This document shows positions 23,010 to 35,830 of a stretch of DNA of 64,000 nucleotides, piece by piece. A program made the translations under genes and the position numbers. The notes below the pieces were generated by a model. That model saw only the letters and a program-made list of their open reading frames with translations. It was not told the DNA's origin and did not search any database. The stretch's first letter is position 1. Each line of letters begins with the position of its first letter. Source of the DNA: Octopus sinensis (Eukaryota); NCBI RefSeq assembly GCF_006345805.1, contig NW_021832856.1, positions 1-64,000 on the forward strand, written 5' to 3'.

Positions 23010-25985
23010 GGATTATATGCCGGAAAACTGTGCCCTTACTGAAATAACTTTGGCTTTGTAGGACTCTCTCAAGGAGAGAGTATTCTCTACCAAAGTAAGT
23101 AAAAAAAAAAACCATCAGATACAGTATTAAAAGATGTTTACGAAATTGGTGATGAGTATTTACAACAGTGTGGTGAACTCACATACTGGAAGATTAACGC
23201 CTGTCTGTATGCTCTGGCTACTATTGTAAAACAGTCCATGAACGATATTCAAAGAGGAAACAAAATCGAAATAACAAAGAAAGTACCATCATGGGTTTTG
23301 AAGACAGAGAAAAAGATTACTGGTTTAGGGAAGACCATCTATCATGTAATGATGCTTATTGTAAGCAAACAAGCAAATCTCTCTACGTCCCAAAAACTGA
23401 AAGTAAAGAAGGAGATTGAAAGGATGTTTGGAGACAGCAAAAAAGGGACACTCACTTGCAAACTGATTAGCCTAAAGTAGCAGCTAAAAGCTGTCAGGGA
23501 AAAGCTCCGACATCAGAAGAGAACAGCCGAGAGAAGAACAATAAACAGAAATTTTAACCGCAACCAGGCAGCAGTATAGAGAGACATGAGGGGAGGAGCA
23601 GTAAATATCACAGAAGGGAAAATCTGGAGTGAAGAGAAGGAATTTAACCAAGATGCTCTGTGGCTTGAAGAAATCCGAAAAAGTTATTGCTCCTGCATTA
23701 CATCCAAGACATACAGCATTGAGGGTGAAACACTTGCAACTGGGATCCAGAAACTCCAGAATGGAAAAGTACCTGGAAGAGACCCGAATGTTGGATAGTG
23801 GTACAAGAAGCTAACATTCTACCGCCCCCATCTTATCAATCTGTACCAGCAAGCATATCACACTGGTTAGCTCTGGCAGAGACAAAATTGATCCCCAAAT
23901 GCAGAAACATCCACATGGCAAAAAACTACAGGCCAATTGCATGCCAGACCTTAATGTATAAGATATATAGAGCATGTTTAAACCTCTTCCTCCAGGACCA
24001 TTATGACACCAATAACATTATCACAGCAGAAAGAGCAGCTGGGAAGAGGGGAGTCTGGGCCATCATCTTGAAATTAAACACGAAGCGTGACTGTATTATC
24101 ACCGATCGAACACAGTATCGCAAAGGCATATTCCAAGGAGACAGCCTCTCTGTCATGTTGTTTATATTTTCTGTAAACCCCTTGTCAGTCATATTAAGGA
24201 AGTCTGAAGGATAGCTCACTGATTCACAAGGAAACAGAAATACCAAAATTGCACACTGTTTCTTTGTAGATGACTTACAACTTTATGCAAAGAATATGCC
24301 TGAGATGAAAAAGAGCCTTAACCTAGTTACAACATTCTCAAAGGATGTAGGGTTGGTCAGGACAAATGTTGTTTTATAGGTGTGAAAAGGGGGAAAACTA
24401 CAAACCAGACTAGTAACATCTCCATCAATGATTTGACTGTTTCTCCTGTATCTGACGAGGAATGTTACAGGTATCTAGGGGTGGCTGAAAATATATCTTA
24501 CAGTGGCACCTGTAACAAAACACATGTCACTAAAGAATATTACAGCCGAATAAAGAAAATTTGAACCTCAGACCTTTCTGGATTCAATAAAACAGTGGCC
24601 CACAATATGTTTGCCCATTTGGGCTACTTGATGAGATCGGAGCCATTGATCTGAAAATCTGAAAAATACTAACAAGCACACATAATTTTCACATAAGCAG
24701 TGACGTAGACCGCCTCTATCTAAACAAGGCAGAAGAGGCTTAACATCTATCCAAAATGCATTTGAATGTCGCATCATATCCCTTTGGCAACATATTCTAA
24801 CCACCAAATGTCTCTTGACCAAGTTTGCATACATGTGGCTGATAACATCATTAGACTTGGAAGGCAGCTCCTTGAGCAATACTCTTTGTATGGTAACCTA
24901 GAATACATGCTCAAAGAAGACGCACGACTCTACCGCAAAATACCAGATGAAAGGATGAGCCTGTGTGAGCAGAAGACTATGCATGGATATGTTTGTAGAA
25001 AGCTCCGAGATGATAGTAACATCGATCATCAAAACTGTTTATCATGGACGAATAGCCGGATTACTATCTCCCACTTTAAAGGGTATGCATTTGCAATTCG
25101 GGAACAGGAAATATCAACCAAGTACCTGATGCACAAAAGGGATAGAAATGCTGGAAAAGCCGTAAAATGTGACAAAAACGATACAGACTTTGTGGAGTTC
25201 ACACTGAAGACATCCACATCATAAGCAGATGTCCGAAAATGTCGTCATGGTATTATCTGCCGATGAGACATGACGTTGTAGCTAGGACGCCTATAGTGAA
25301 ATCTGTCGGAAGGATAATCCTGAGCACAAAGAAATAAGAACCCACAATATGGTAGAAGCCACAGCCACTCGTAATAAAAAGGAATACTGGTGGAATGTAC
25401 CAGTGAAGAGCTCAATAAAATGTAAGCACAACAGACCTGATATAATGATTTGGGATAAGGATGAGAAACTGTGCACACTTGTGGAAATTAGCTGCCCAGC
25501 GGTTGTTAACATAAAGCTTGAAGATCAATGAAAAAGAGAACCCCCTATACTGAACTATTGAGAAATCTGCAGTTACTCTATCCAGATTCCAAGTTCAGGT
25601 TTATACCCGTAATTATTGGGGCCCTGGGAGAGTTAACATACTGACTAAATACCAATCTTGAGAAATTACGCTTCTCAAAACCAGAAAGGAGAAAGCTACT
25701 TCGAAGACTACAGATCCAATCCATCACTGGAACTGTGAAAAGCTGTAAAACATTTCAAGAGGTTTATCATTTAAATATATATGAGTATTCTTAGACATGC
25801 AACTATATGCATGAGAATACATGCATAAAACATACAAATCTGCACATACAAACATACATACATGCATACAAAAATACCCTGTTGCTGATGTTGAAATTCC
25901 AATGAAGGAACCTTGGATCTAGGCTAGAAACCGGTTCTTTCTCTATTGGCAAGAAATCTTGAAATAAACTGAATAATGACATACT
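23010..25985 (+). mobile_element. Large decayed R4/Dong-clade (RLE) non-LTR retrotransposon
   Basis: Colinear motifs across many stops and frameshifts: INACLYALA; KVPGRD; KNYRPIACQTLMYK; GIFQGDSLS; FFVDDL; YRYLG; DVDRLY; MHG; RHDVVAR region; NRPDIMIWDKDEKLCTLVEISCP. The 3' UTR has a hairpin (ccaat-gaaggaacc/ggttctttc-attgg, 25899-25949) and aaataaa. Confidence 0.9.
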
Positions 25986-26064
25986 ATGCATGCATGTATG
26001 TATGTGTGTGGTGTGTTTGTGTGTGGTGTGTTTGTGTGCCGATATTTCTATTTATGGAGGGAAG

Positions 26065-26109
<45 letters not shown>

Positions 26110-26759
26110 TTATATACATATATGTGTGTATATTTATGTATACATTTATATATGTACATGAGGTTGTGTGTGCATGTATATGGCTGTATATATCTCTGTC
26201 TGTCGGTCTATCAATCTCTTAGTGTATGTATGTATGTATGTATACACATACAAAACGATACATGTGTAGGCATATCTATCTAAATATATGTATGTATAAG
26301 TACACACCAATATCTATAACTGAATTGCATACACACCCACAGGTACGTACACACTAAACAAACACCATGCACACCCTGCCACACACATATATATACTCAA
26401 TACACCATAATGTATGTGACTACGCGCGTGTTCGTTAATGAACAACCAAATAAATATTAGTATTTATTAAGAAATTGCGATTTACTTAGTAAGCACAGCA
26501 CATAATACTCAGTGAACGCAACACACACACACACACACATACATACAGACTGAAACACTCACACACACACACACACAAACGAGCACACACACATTTATAA
26601 CATATACACAATATATGTCTAATAATCCGTGCTTACAGAATGTCACACATATTGGATTTATGTTACATTTATGTACATTCATAAAGAGACATAATGTGTG
26701 TGTGTGTGCGTGTGTGTTTGTGTGTGTGTGTGCGTGTGTGTTTGTGTGTGTGTGTGTGT

Positions 26760-26796
<37 letters not shown>

Positions 26797-27059
26797 GCGT
26801 AGAGGTATCCACACATAATTATGGTGCAAAAATAACAACATTAGTTACAGCAACAACAAGAACACAGACGGGCTCGAAACCTATAACATAGTTGATTGAA
26901 CCTTAAACAGTTTCAACAGGAAAAAGAAACAGAAAAAAAATGATGTAATAAAAAAATCAACAAAACAATAAGCCGTTATTATTCTCGTCCTCTTAATATC
27001 CTTATCAATTTCCTTCTTTAGTGTCGTAGATTATGTATTTCTGTGTGTGTGTATACATC

Positions 27060-27096
<37 letters not shown>

Positions 27097-27142
27097 CATC
27101 TATATATATATATTATATATATATATATATATACATCTATAT

Positions 27143-27175
<33 letters not shown>

Positions 27176-27288
27176 CTATATATATATATATATATATATA
27201 TATCTATATATATATATATATAACATCTATAATATATATATATATATATATCTATATATATATATACATCTATATATATATATATATC

Positions 27289-27344
<56 letters not shown>

Positions 27345-27345
<1 letters not shown>

Positions 27346-27367
27346 GTACATCTAAATATTCATATAT

Positions 27368-27407
<40 letters not shown>

Positions 27408-27429
27408 GTACATCTAAATATTCATATGT

Positions 27430-27460
<31 letters not shown>

Positions 27461-27486
27461 CGTACATCTAAATATTCATATATGTA

Positions 27487-27518
<32 letters not shown>

Positions 27519-27544
27519 CGTACATCTAAATATTCATATATGTA

Positions 27545-27576
<32 letters not shown>

Positions 27577-27702
27577 CGTACATCTAAATATTCATATATG
27601 TATGTGTGTGTATATATATATATATATACGTACATCTAAATATTCATATATGTATGTGTGTATATATATATATATATACGTACATCTAAATATTCATATA
27701 TG

Positions 27703-27710
<8 letters not shown>
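27345..27710 (+). repeat. Compound minisatellite: 7 copies of cgtacatctaaatattcatatatgtatgtg separated by variable (TA)n
   Basis: Cores start at 27345, 27407, 27461, 27519, 27577, 27629 and 27679. Confidence 0.9.
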
Positions 27711-27734
<24 letters not shown>

Positions 27735-29539
27735 GATATATATATATACACAACTACATCTATATATTCATAGATGTATGTGTATATTCACACATATTTA
27801 TATGCATATATATGTATATATAAATTATATACACACATATATATATACATTACATATATATATGTATATACGTTACATATATATGTATATACACCACACA
27901 TACTTGCACACCTATATAGTACATATATACATGCATACATATATAATATATATTTGAGAGTGGATATATACACAGACGCTGAGCATTTACAAACATCTAT
28001 ATATATATATATAATAATATATATATATATATAGATGTGTGTGTGTGTCTATCTATCTCTCTCTCTGTATATATACATAAATATATATTCCTATACATAC
28101 ATAAAAACTAAAAATTTGCGTATTTTTATATGCATATATTATATGTATATATCATACATATATATGTATTTGTATGTATAAATATATATATATGTGCATT
28201 TATATTATGCGTGTATATTAGTATACACACATACATATACACCGATATTATATATATATATATACATACACATATATATATATATACACACATACATATA
28301 CACCGATATATATATACATATATATATATACGCATACACATACACACGTGTGTATGCTTATATCTTTGTAGCTTATTCTCTTTGCTTTCTGGCTTATCAC
28401 TACAAACACCAATATTTATGTTCCCAACGAGTAATCATCGCACCCGCCTCCACCCCCTTTCACCCAACTGTACCCATTCCACCACCGGCACCACCACCAC
28501 CACCACCACCACCACCGCTCGCCGCCACCAACATTTCCTCTCCCACCTCCGACTCCACCACTCAAAACCAGTCTTATGTATTTTGATATATTATGAACTT
28601 TATTGATTCCAGAAGCTACTAGATTACCTCATTTATACCTAAAAATATATCAATATAGTAAATTAATGGGACTAAACCCTTTATCACTTTGACATTAGAA
28701 CATTTTAATCAAACGGCTGTGTTGCACAAGCATGTCTCTCTGGTTATACAGCTCTTTCTCCTAACCGCCAGATACTACGTTCGATTCCCCTACAAGAAAC
28801 CTTAGTTTAGAATCATTGACACCGCAACGAATTTTCTTTTAGCAAAAGTCGTTTATCGTAAACATGTCAGTATGAATAATGTTCTCATTGTAATCACCAG
28901 ATATCTGGGTCAATTCCTGTTCCCGGAACCTCGGGTAAAAGTTTTCATCCAAATCCTGAATGCCAAAACAGTTTTATCAAAAAACTGTGTAAAGGAGGGA
29001 AGTATATCTTTGGTTATAATGTTCTCTTTCGTAACGAACAGATGCTTAATTCAATTCCCGTATAGAAAACCTTGTGTTAAAACTTTCTCCTAAAACTTTT
29101 AACTCTAAAGACATTTGATAAAAAAAAAAATCTTTTATCGCAAGTATGACCGTAGGATTATTGACGATCCCTTCGTAACCAGCAGGCTCCGCCACGAACG
29201 AAATATTGGCTTAAAATATTCTTTCAGAACCTCTGAGCTTAAAACATCTTATTAATAATAAAAATTAAAATAATGAATAGCTAAGCTTATAGTATGTCAG
29301 TGTGGTTATGATACGGTTTTTGTTATGACCAATGGTCAGGTTCGGTCCTATTTCATGGCAACTTGAGACACAATTTTCTACCCAAACATTCGATACTTAA
29401 ACGTGATTTTGAAAACAAAAAGACTGCAGAGAAGAGATATTTCTGAAGTGCGGACGTTATTTTTGTCCCATTGCGGATCCTGGTTTGATCACAATGGAAG
29501 GATATATATCTTGTATAGTTTACTTGCTTCAATCATTAG

Positions 29540-29720
29540 ATTGCAACTATGCTGGAGTCTTGAACAATTTTAGTCGCACGAATCGAATCCAGTACTTATC
29601 TTTAAGCCTGGTACTTATTCTATCGGTCACTTTTGCCGAACTGCTATTTTACGAGAACGTAAACACACCAACGCCGATTGTCAAGCGGTTGTGATAGGGG
29701 ACAGACACAAAGACACACAT
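29540..29720 (-). mobile_element. SINE family B, 3' half
   Basis: aagcctggtacttattctatcggtcacttttgccgaactgct...gtaaacacaccaac..gttgtcaagcgg. Confidence 0.75.
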
Positions 29721-29952
29721 AACACCCACCATGTATATATATATATTGCGTGTTCGTTCTCTTTTCTTCTTCTATGATTTTATTTTTGATCTTCTATATT
29801 CAATGAAGATATTTCCTCCCCCTGGCTGCTTTTCTTTCTACAAAACGAGAAGTTACATTGCGGAACTGTTATTTTAACGAGTTGTATCTATTTATCACCC
29901 GACGAAATATATCTGCACCGTCGGATGCTCCTGGAGTAGTTGTTGAGTGTCT

Positions 29953-29998
29953 CACCCGTGAGGGATCGTTGCTAGATGTGTCGAAACAATTGTCGTGG
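29953..29998 (+). ncRNA. Degenerate minimal hammerhead-like motif
   Basis: cac-ccgugag-ggau...guc-GAAA-C-aauu-GUC-gug; palindromic ACAAUUGU, GUC cleavage triplet, aataataaa downstream; core is non-canonical. Confidence 0.45.
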
Positions 29999-30374
29999 TT
30001 AATAATAAAGTCTCGTATATTCCATCTTCCGTCTTTCATTTGCCATTCATATATACTCACAAGACGGACTTCTTTTAGTTTCCCTCTGTAAATTCCTCTC
30101 ACATGGCTATCACGTGTGTGTAGCTGCAAGCGTGTACAATAAAGTTCCATATCAATATTACTATTTTTATTAAGAAATTCAGGTTTCCATGGTTACACAA
30201 AATTGAGTTTTCCCTATTACATGATATTATTTTTTATATAATATTGTTATTTGTTTAGCCTCAGAGTAGCTCTAATCTAGCTATCATCAATGTCATTCTA
30301 ATCGTGACTATCGTGTTTAAGATGTTTCTATAGTTATTCATTATCGCGGATTTCATTTTGGTTTTACCTTTTAC

Positions 30375-30634
30375 TTATTTCAGCCATTGGACTATAGACA
30401 ACCTGGGGCTACAACCTGAAGAACTTTGATAGAATAAATCACTTCCGCTACTTAATTTCTAAGTCTGATACTTGTTCTATCGGTTCTCATTTGCTGAACT
30501 GCTAGGTTATACGAAACAAACAAACCAACAACTGTTGTCAAGCGATGGAGAAGGAACATACACTGATATATAAACCTATACACACACAAACACACAAACA
30601 TTTACGGATGTATATATATATATATAATATAGAT

Positions 30635-30668
<34 letters not shown>

Positions 30669-31065
30669 TGATCAAAATAAAAACATGATGCCAAGGATAT
30701 TTTGATCAATTTACTCCACCACCTACACCACCAAACGGTATACACAGGTGCTTATAATTATCAAGTACTCACCCCGAATTTCTATATATATATATATATA
30801 TATTTAGAGAGAGAGAAAGAGATGGGTAGATAGGAAGATAGACAGACAGACAAACAGACAGATAGATAGATAGATAGATAGAAAGAGAGAGAGAGAGTGA
30901 GATGGATAGATAGATAGACACAAGATTGACATCCATAAAATTTTAGACTACCAAATTCAGTCACAACGTATTGGACAGTGTGGGGCTATAGCAGTAGAAG
31001 ACACTTGCCTAAAGTGCCGTGCAGTAGCATCGAACCCAAAACCACGTGGTTGTAAAGTGAGCTTC
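30375..31065 (-). mobile_element. SINE family B copy interrupted by microsatellites and a Penelope-terminal fragment
   Basis: 5' half (agtagaagacacttgcctaaagtgccgtgcagtagcatcgaaccc) at 30930-31065; 3' half at 30375-30590. Confidence 0.75.
30665..30786. mobile_element. Partly inverted copy of the 60912-61019 Penelope-terminal segment
   Basis: 30665-30698 is identical to 60986-61019 in the same orientation. 30699-30786 is the reverse complement of 60912-60999 with 3 mismatches. Confidence 0.9.
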
Positions 31066-31647
31066 TTAATCTATTTTTCTTTTTCTTGAAATGGTAGGCT
31101 GACACTTCGACGAAACATTAGCTTCTTCTTCAAGCCTGTTCATACCACCTCTTAGAGCTCCCCCTCACCCTCTGTATATCACCATGTAATTATAATGTCT
31201 ATCTCTATAAGTTATTCTCATAGAGCAAGTCGGAAGGGCGACGAGGGAGCGGCTGAAGACATGCGTTTCATGGCGGCGGCTAGCGAAGGACAGCGAGGGT
31301 TGATTGTATCAGCAAATCAACGTGTTACGTCGGCGCAGAATTAGATGAGAACTTGTCAAACCTTATCTTCGCCCTCTAATGGTTTCCAACACATTTCTTA
31401 GATATCTGATGCCTGAAGCCAATGTCCGCAGGAAATTTGGTGGAATTTGTGATTTCAGCTTGTCGATTCAGTTGTCATAGCGACACCATAATTATTATGT
31501 ATAATAATTTGTGATTGTGGACGAGATCAATAGCGAACTGGCACAGTCGAATATATATATATATATATATATGTATATATTTGTGTGTGTGTGTGTGTGT
31601 GCGTGTGTGTGTGCATATACACACATATTAATACTTATATGTATATA

Positions 31648-31696
<49 letters not shown>

Positions 31697-31949
31697 ATGT
31701 ATATAAATACACACACACACACATTCACACATAACACACATATATGTATGTACGGTACGTTTGTGATTTATGTTTGTAAACATTAGAGAGTGCAAAGTGT
31801 ATATTAATGACTGTGCGTGTGAGTTTATACGTGTGATTTTGTGTGTTTGTGTGTTTGTGTGTGTCAAAGTATACGTGCATGGGCAAAACTAGGTATGCAG
31901 TATGAGTGGAATGTTCTTTATATTTCTCTATTTCTTTATTAAAATTGAT

Positions 31950-32134
31950 TCATAAGTTGACTAAAAGATCGGCGGGAGATGCTGATTTCATAGGAAGACC
32001 CCTATCTTGATCTCTATGGAATTTGAGTGAATGCTTCAGCCACAGGCATTTCATTTTCTTCACTGGTGTCACTGACCGGTCGACAACCCTCTGCATAGCA
32101 GATGGACCTCGTCTGCTCAAAGTTGTCTCATATT
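31950..32134 (-). CDS. Candidate terminal coding exon of an unidentified host gene
   Basis: Acceptor ttatgtgtttacag|AA, then an open phase-1 frame (E)YETTLSRRGPSAMQRVVDRSVTPVKKMKCLWLKHSLKFHRDQDRGLPMKSASPADLLVNL*. Non-repetitive and less AT-biased than its flanks; no homology recognised. Confidence 0.45.
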
Positions 32135-32289
32135 CTGTAAACACATAATCTTCAAGGAACTATTCTCCGAAAATTAATGACTTGTAGGCACGCGGTATTT
32201 CATTATGCAACCATAAAATATACGATAAAGTACATTAAACATTTTCATATGTCCATATTGTGTTCTACAGTGCGTTTTGCATCAATTGT

Positions 32290-32835
32290 TAAAGTTATTT
32301 CTACAGATTTTCTATTGAAGTTCTAAGCCAGCATTGGTTTTTGTTACAACGTTTCGTATTCGTGACGTCAGACGTAAACAAACAATGAGATCGAAGATGA
32401 AAAAAACGCTAATGGGCGTATATGCCATATTTCGTGGGATTTACCCCTTCATCAGCACTCATCAACCCTTGAACCATCTCCGAGCACATTGCTTAAGTAA
32501 CCACTATATACAAGACATTAATATTTACATAGCAGCTTCAAGCAATGCGTTTAATAGGTAAAATTGGTATATCCAATAAAGTTACACCACTGTATTTATT
32601 GGCCATTTAAGTAATGCGTTCGTGGATGATTAAGGGGTTAAATGAGTGTCGATAAAGGGGCAAAACCCCCAGAAATATGGATTATACGCGCATTACCCTT
32701 TTCATCTTCGATCTTCTATGGTCTTCACCTTCAACGATCTCATTGTTGTTTACATCTGACTTCTATACGAAACGTCGTAACAAAAATCAGTTCTGGTTAT
32801 AATTTCTATAGAATAACAGCAAAAAGTTATTTAAA
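32290..32835. mobile_element. Fold-back/MITE-like element with about 190-bp imperfect inverted arms
   Basis: ttttgttacaacgtttcgtat...gtcagacgtaaaca.acaatgagatcg...ccatatttc...cactcatcaaccctt (32335-32475) mirrors 32630-32790; weaker extension outward. Confidence 0.75.
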
Positions 32836-33314
32836 CATTAAATTACGAATTGAAACCAGCTCTCGAAATAATGTAAGCCTTATCGGTCGCACACCTACCG
32901 GCTGTGTATGTTCTGCTCATACGCCAAAATCAGCTGCAGGATAACGTACGGGGAATTTAATTTTGTAACACTTCAATCTATTTTGATATAAGTCAGAGAC
33001 CGACGATTTTTTTCGAGATGATTCGAGTATCTACCATTCTCGGTGATTCCGAGCCGACTTGTCTCGCCTGGTATGTGACATTGAAGTGTTCTTTAACACT
33101 CGGCATCGTGTGGGGAGCTTCCCCTGCACACCATCCCACAGCAAACTTGGTACATACACAAAGCACATACACTATATATATATATATATGCGAGTGATGA
33201 TAAACACACACACACACACACACGAACGCATATACACGAACGCACATACACACACGAACGAACATACACACACACACACGCGCACATAATCTATATCTAT
33301 CTATCATCTACTAC

Positions 33315-33510
33315 TTCTTTCAAATTTTAGGCACAAAGTCAGCAACGTTAGGGAAGCGAGCATGCTAGTTATTGCAACCCGAGGACTTGACTGGTTCTCT
33401 ATTTTATCATCCACGAAAGGATAAAAGGCAATGCCGACCCCATAACCGAATTTGAATTCAGAGCCTGAGCGAATGCAGAAAGGTCGACCTATCTACAATC
33501 TAATGATTCT
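33315..33510 (-). mobile_element. Decayed SINE family A copy
   Basis: aattttaggcacaaagtcagcaa...ctattttatcatccacgaaaggataaaaggcaatgccgacc...aatttgaattcagag. Confidence 0.7.
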
Positions 33511-33609
33511 ACCAGACTCAAGGTCACACTTGGCAGAAGAAAGATCTTTATTTTAAACATTTGTATTTCATCAACTCTGGAAGCACGAAATGAAAGTCGA
33601 CTTAATAAA

Positions 33610-34085
33610 GTTTTTCTAATTTAGGCAAAGCGCCAGTTATTTTGAGGGGAGGGGAATAGTCGAATACATCGAAACCCCTCCCCACGTTTATAGCATTCGG
33701 TTGGAGCATACTTATTGCGGCTTTTTTTATTCAGCAAAAACAATAGCAACATGTAACAAAAACATCTTTAAATGATTATTCCGGAGCATATTCACCATCT
33801 CCTTCAATTACTGCTTCCCGTTTGCTTGGCAGACGGTCAGACCGCCATTTAAAGATGTTTTTGTTAAATATTGATATTGTTTTTGTTGAATAAATTTTGT
33901 TGAAAAAATAATTATGCACCAGCCCAATAGTAGGCTAATGCTTTATCTTGTCGATTCCAGAGGGTTGAAAGATAAAGTTGACGGCGGTGGCATTTGAACT
34001 CAGAATGTGATTAGTCGGAGGAAATACCACTAAGAATTCTATCCAAAGCGCTATCGAGTTACCACCAGTTACCACCGTCGGCGTA
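33610..34085 (-). mobile_element. SINE family A copy split by a mariner MITE
   Basis: Left half at 33610-33690; right half (cttgtcgattccagagggttgaaagataaagttgacggcggtggcatttgaactcagaatgt) at 33930-34085. Confidence 0.7.
33696..33927. mobile_element. Mariner MITE with Hsmar1/MADE1-like TIRs
   Basis: Left end ttcggttggagcatacttattgcggctt versus Hsmar1 TIR ttaggttggtgcaaaagtaattgcggtt (recalled). Right end aataattatgcaccagcccaa+TA. An inner inverted repeat pairs 33727-33770 with 33848-33893. Confidence 0.8.
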
Positions 34086-34676
34086 GACTCGGCTTCAAGT
34101 TGTTGCTGCTACTGTTGTTGTCATTATCGCCGTCATCGTCGAAATGGCTCTTATAATTGTTGTTTAGCCCTGAGACTACCTTTGCTGCGTAGAAATATAA
34201 TCAAAGATCCTAGCAGTCTATACCTATCAGGTCTTATGGTTTATGTTTATATTTTGTATAATTACTGTGACTTAACTAAGATATCAACTACTTAAGAGAG
34301 TAGCGTATCATTTGACAGTAATCTAGCTATTATTTCCAGCAAGTTGAGCTACTTCTTAAACACACTTCTATTTATTCTTTGCCTTCAGACATTCCTTGGA
34401 GATAGTCGTTCTCTTGACGTAAAACAGGTTCACCATATTTGTCTTAAGTTTTGAGATGCAATCATCGTTTTCCGATAAAGCCTAGCTTCTAGTTTCAGAC
34501 ACAACTCTCAAATACCTGCAACGTTTTATTGTTAGCAATTAAACAATATTCATAAAGTTCATATAACTCTAGACGTAAATTTAACTGGTTGTTTAAGTTA
34601 TATAATAATTTATGATTTAACGATCGTCATGGCAATGCATGGTTTCTGTATAGTACGCATATATATATGTGTGGTG

Positions 34677-34771
<95 letters not shown>

Positions 34772-34833
34772 GTATTATATATATATATGTATATATACAT
34801 ATATATATACATATATATATATAGATATTATAC

Positions 34834-34865
<32 letters not shown>

Positions 34866-35659
34866 CATATATATATATTAGTCGTAAAACAGGAGGAAAA
34901 CTATATAATTGAGTGCTCTCTATCGATAAGTCGAGTGAATGTTGTTAATAAATAAGTTTTATTTAATATATGGACGTTAAAACGAAATGGGTTGTTTTTA
35001 AATGGCCGTATGCATATACACACACAAATGCAAACATACACCCTCATGTACATTTGCACGCATATACATTCATCCACCTACATTCAGAGAAATATACTAA
35101 CGCAGACAAACCTACATACACAAGTTTTCTCGTTCAATCATACACGTATACCTCATAAATTCAATTTATTTCCATTTTGATACTGAGACTTTCATGAATT
35201 GTGTGTGTGCGTGTATCTAGAAAGGAACACACATGATATATACATGTACAGACAAACACACACACATATACGCACACATTTATATAAGAATACATATATA
35301 TGCGTATGTTTAATAGACATGTTTTAAGCATAGCCTAACCATGTAATGTTTATAGATTTTATCGTCAAACCACAAACCGGTGTCTGTCTCTAGCAAAAAG
35401 CTCCTTGCCTTGTCAATATCTGCTTATTAGGACTGTCTTCATCCATATTTAAGAGAGGTACAATAGCTTAGAACATAGGTTTTCAGTTCAGGGTTGGAGT
35501 ACTATGAGCGGGTACGTATGAGAAAGTGCGGGATGTTTGTAAAAACCGAGAATTTTAAAGTAATTCCCGTTAACTGAACGTAACTCATGCTTATCTAAAA
35601 TGCATGGAGTATCTTTCTAAACAAGTGTTTTAAATAATATCTTTTATCTTTTGGTTGCT

Positions 35660-35830
35660 TCAGTCAGTGGACTGCGACCGAGTTGGGACATCATCTTGAG
35701 GGGTTTAATGGATCAAATTGACCCTACTACATAGTTGCACAATGTTATGGGGACGTAAACAAACCAACAGTGGTTGTCAAATGGTGAAGACAAAACAGAT
35801 ATGCACTCACCGTCACACATACATTCACAT
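35660..35830 (-). mobile_element. SINE family B, 3' half
   Basis: cagtcagtggactgcgaccgagttgggacatc...ggacgtaaacaaaccaacagtggttgtcaa. Confidence 0.6.

Noticed and set aside
25885-25950. Hammerhead-like GAAACCGGTT in the R4 3' UTR
   Set aside because: No credible CUGANGA core or stem I; better explained as a simple hairpin.
27345-27710. CRISPR-like repeat-spacer appearance
   Set aside because: Spacers are pure (TA)n, there are no cas genes, and the context is eukaryotic.
28194-28606. Proline-rich ORF (PPPAPPPPPP)
   Set aside because: (CCA)n microsatellite flanked by TA repeats; no splice or homology support.
32466-32637. piggyBac-like MITE with TTAA ends
   Set aside because: Inverted symmetry continues about 170 bp further outward, so these are internal to a larger fold-back element.
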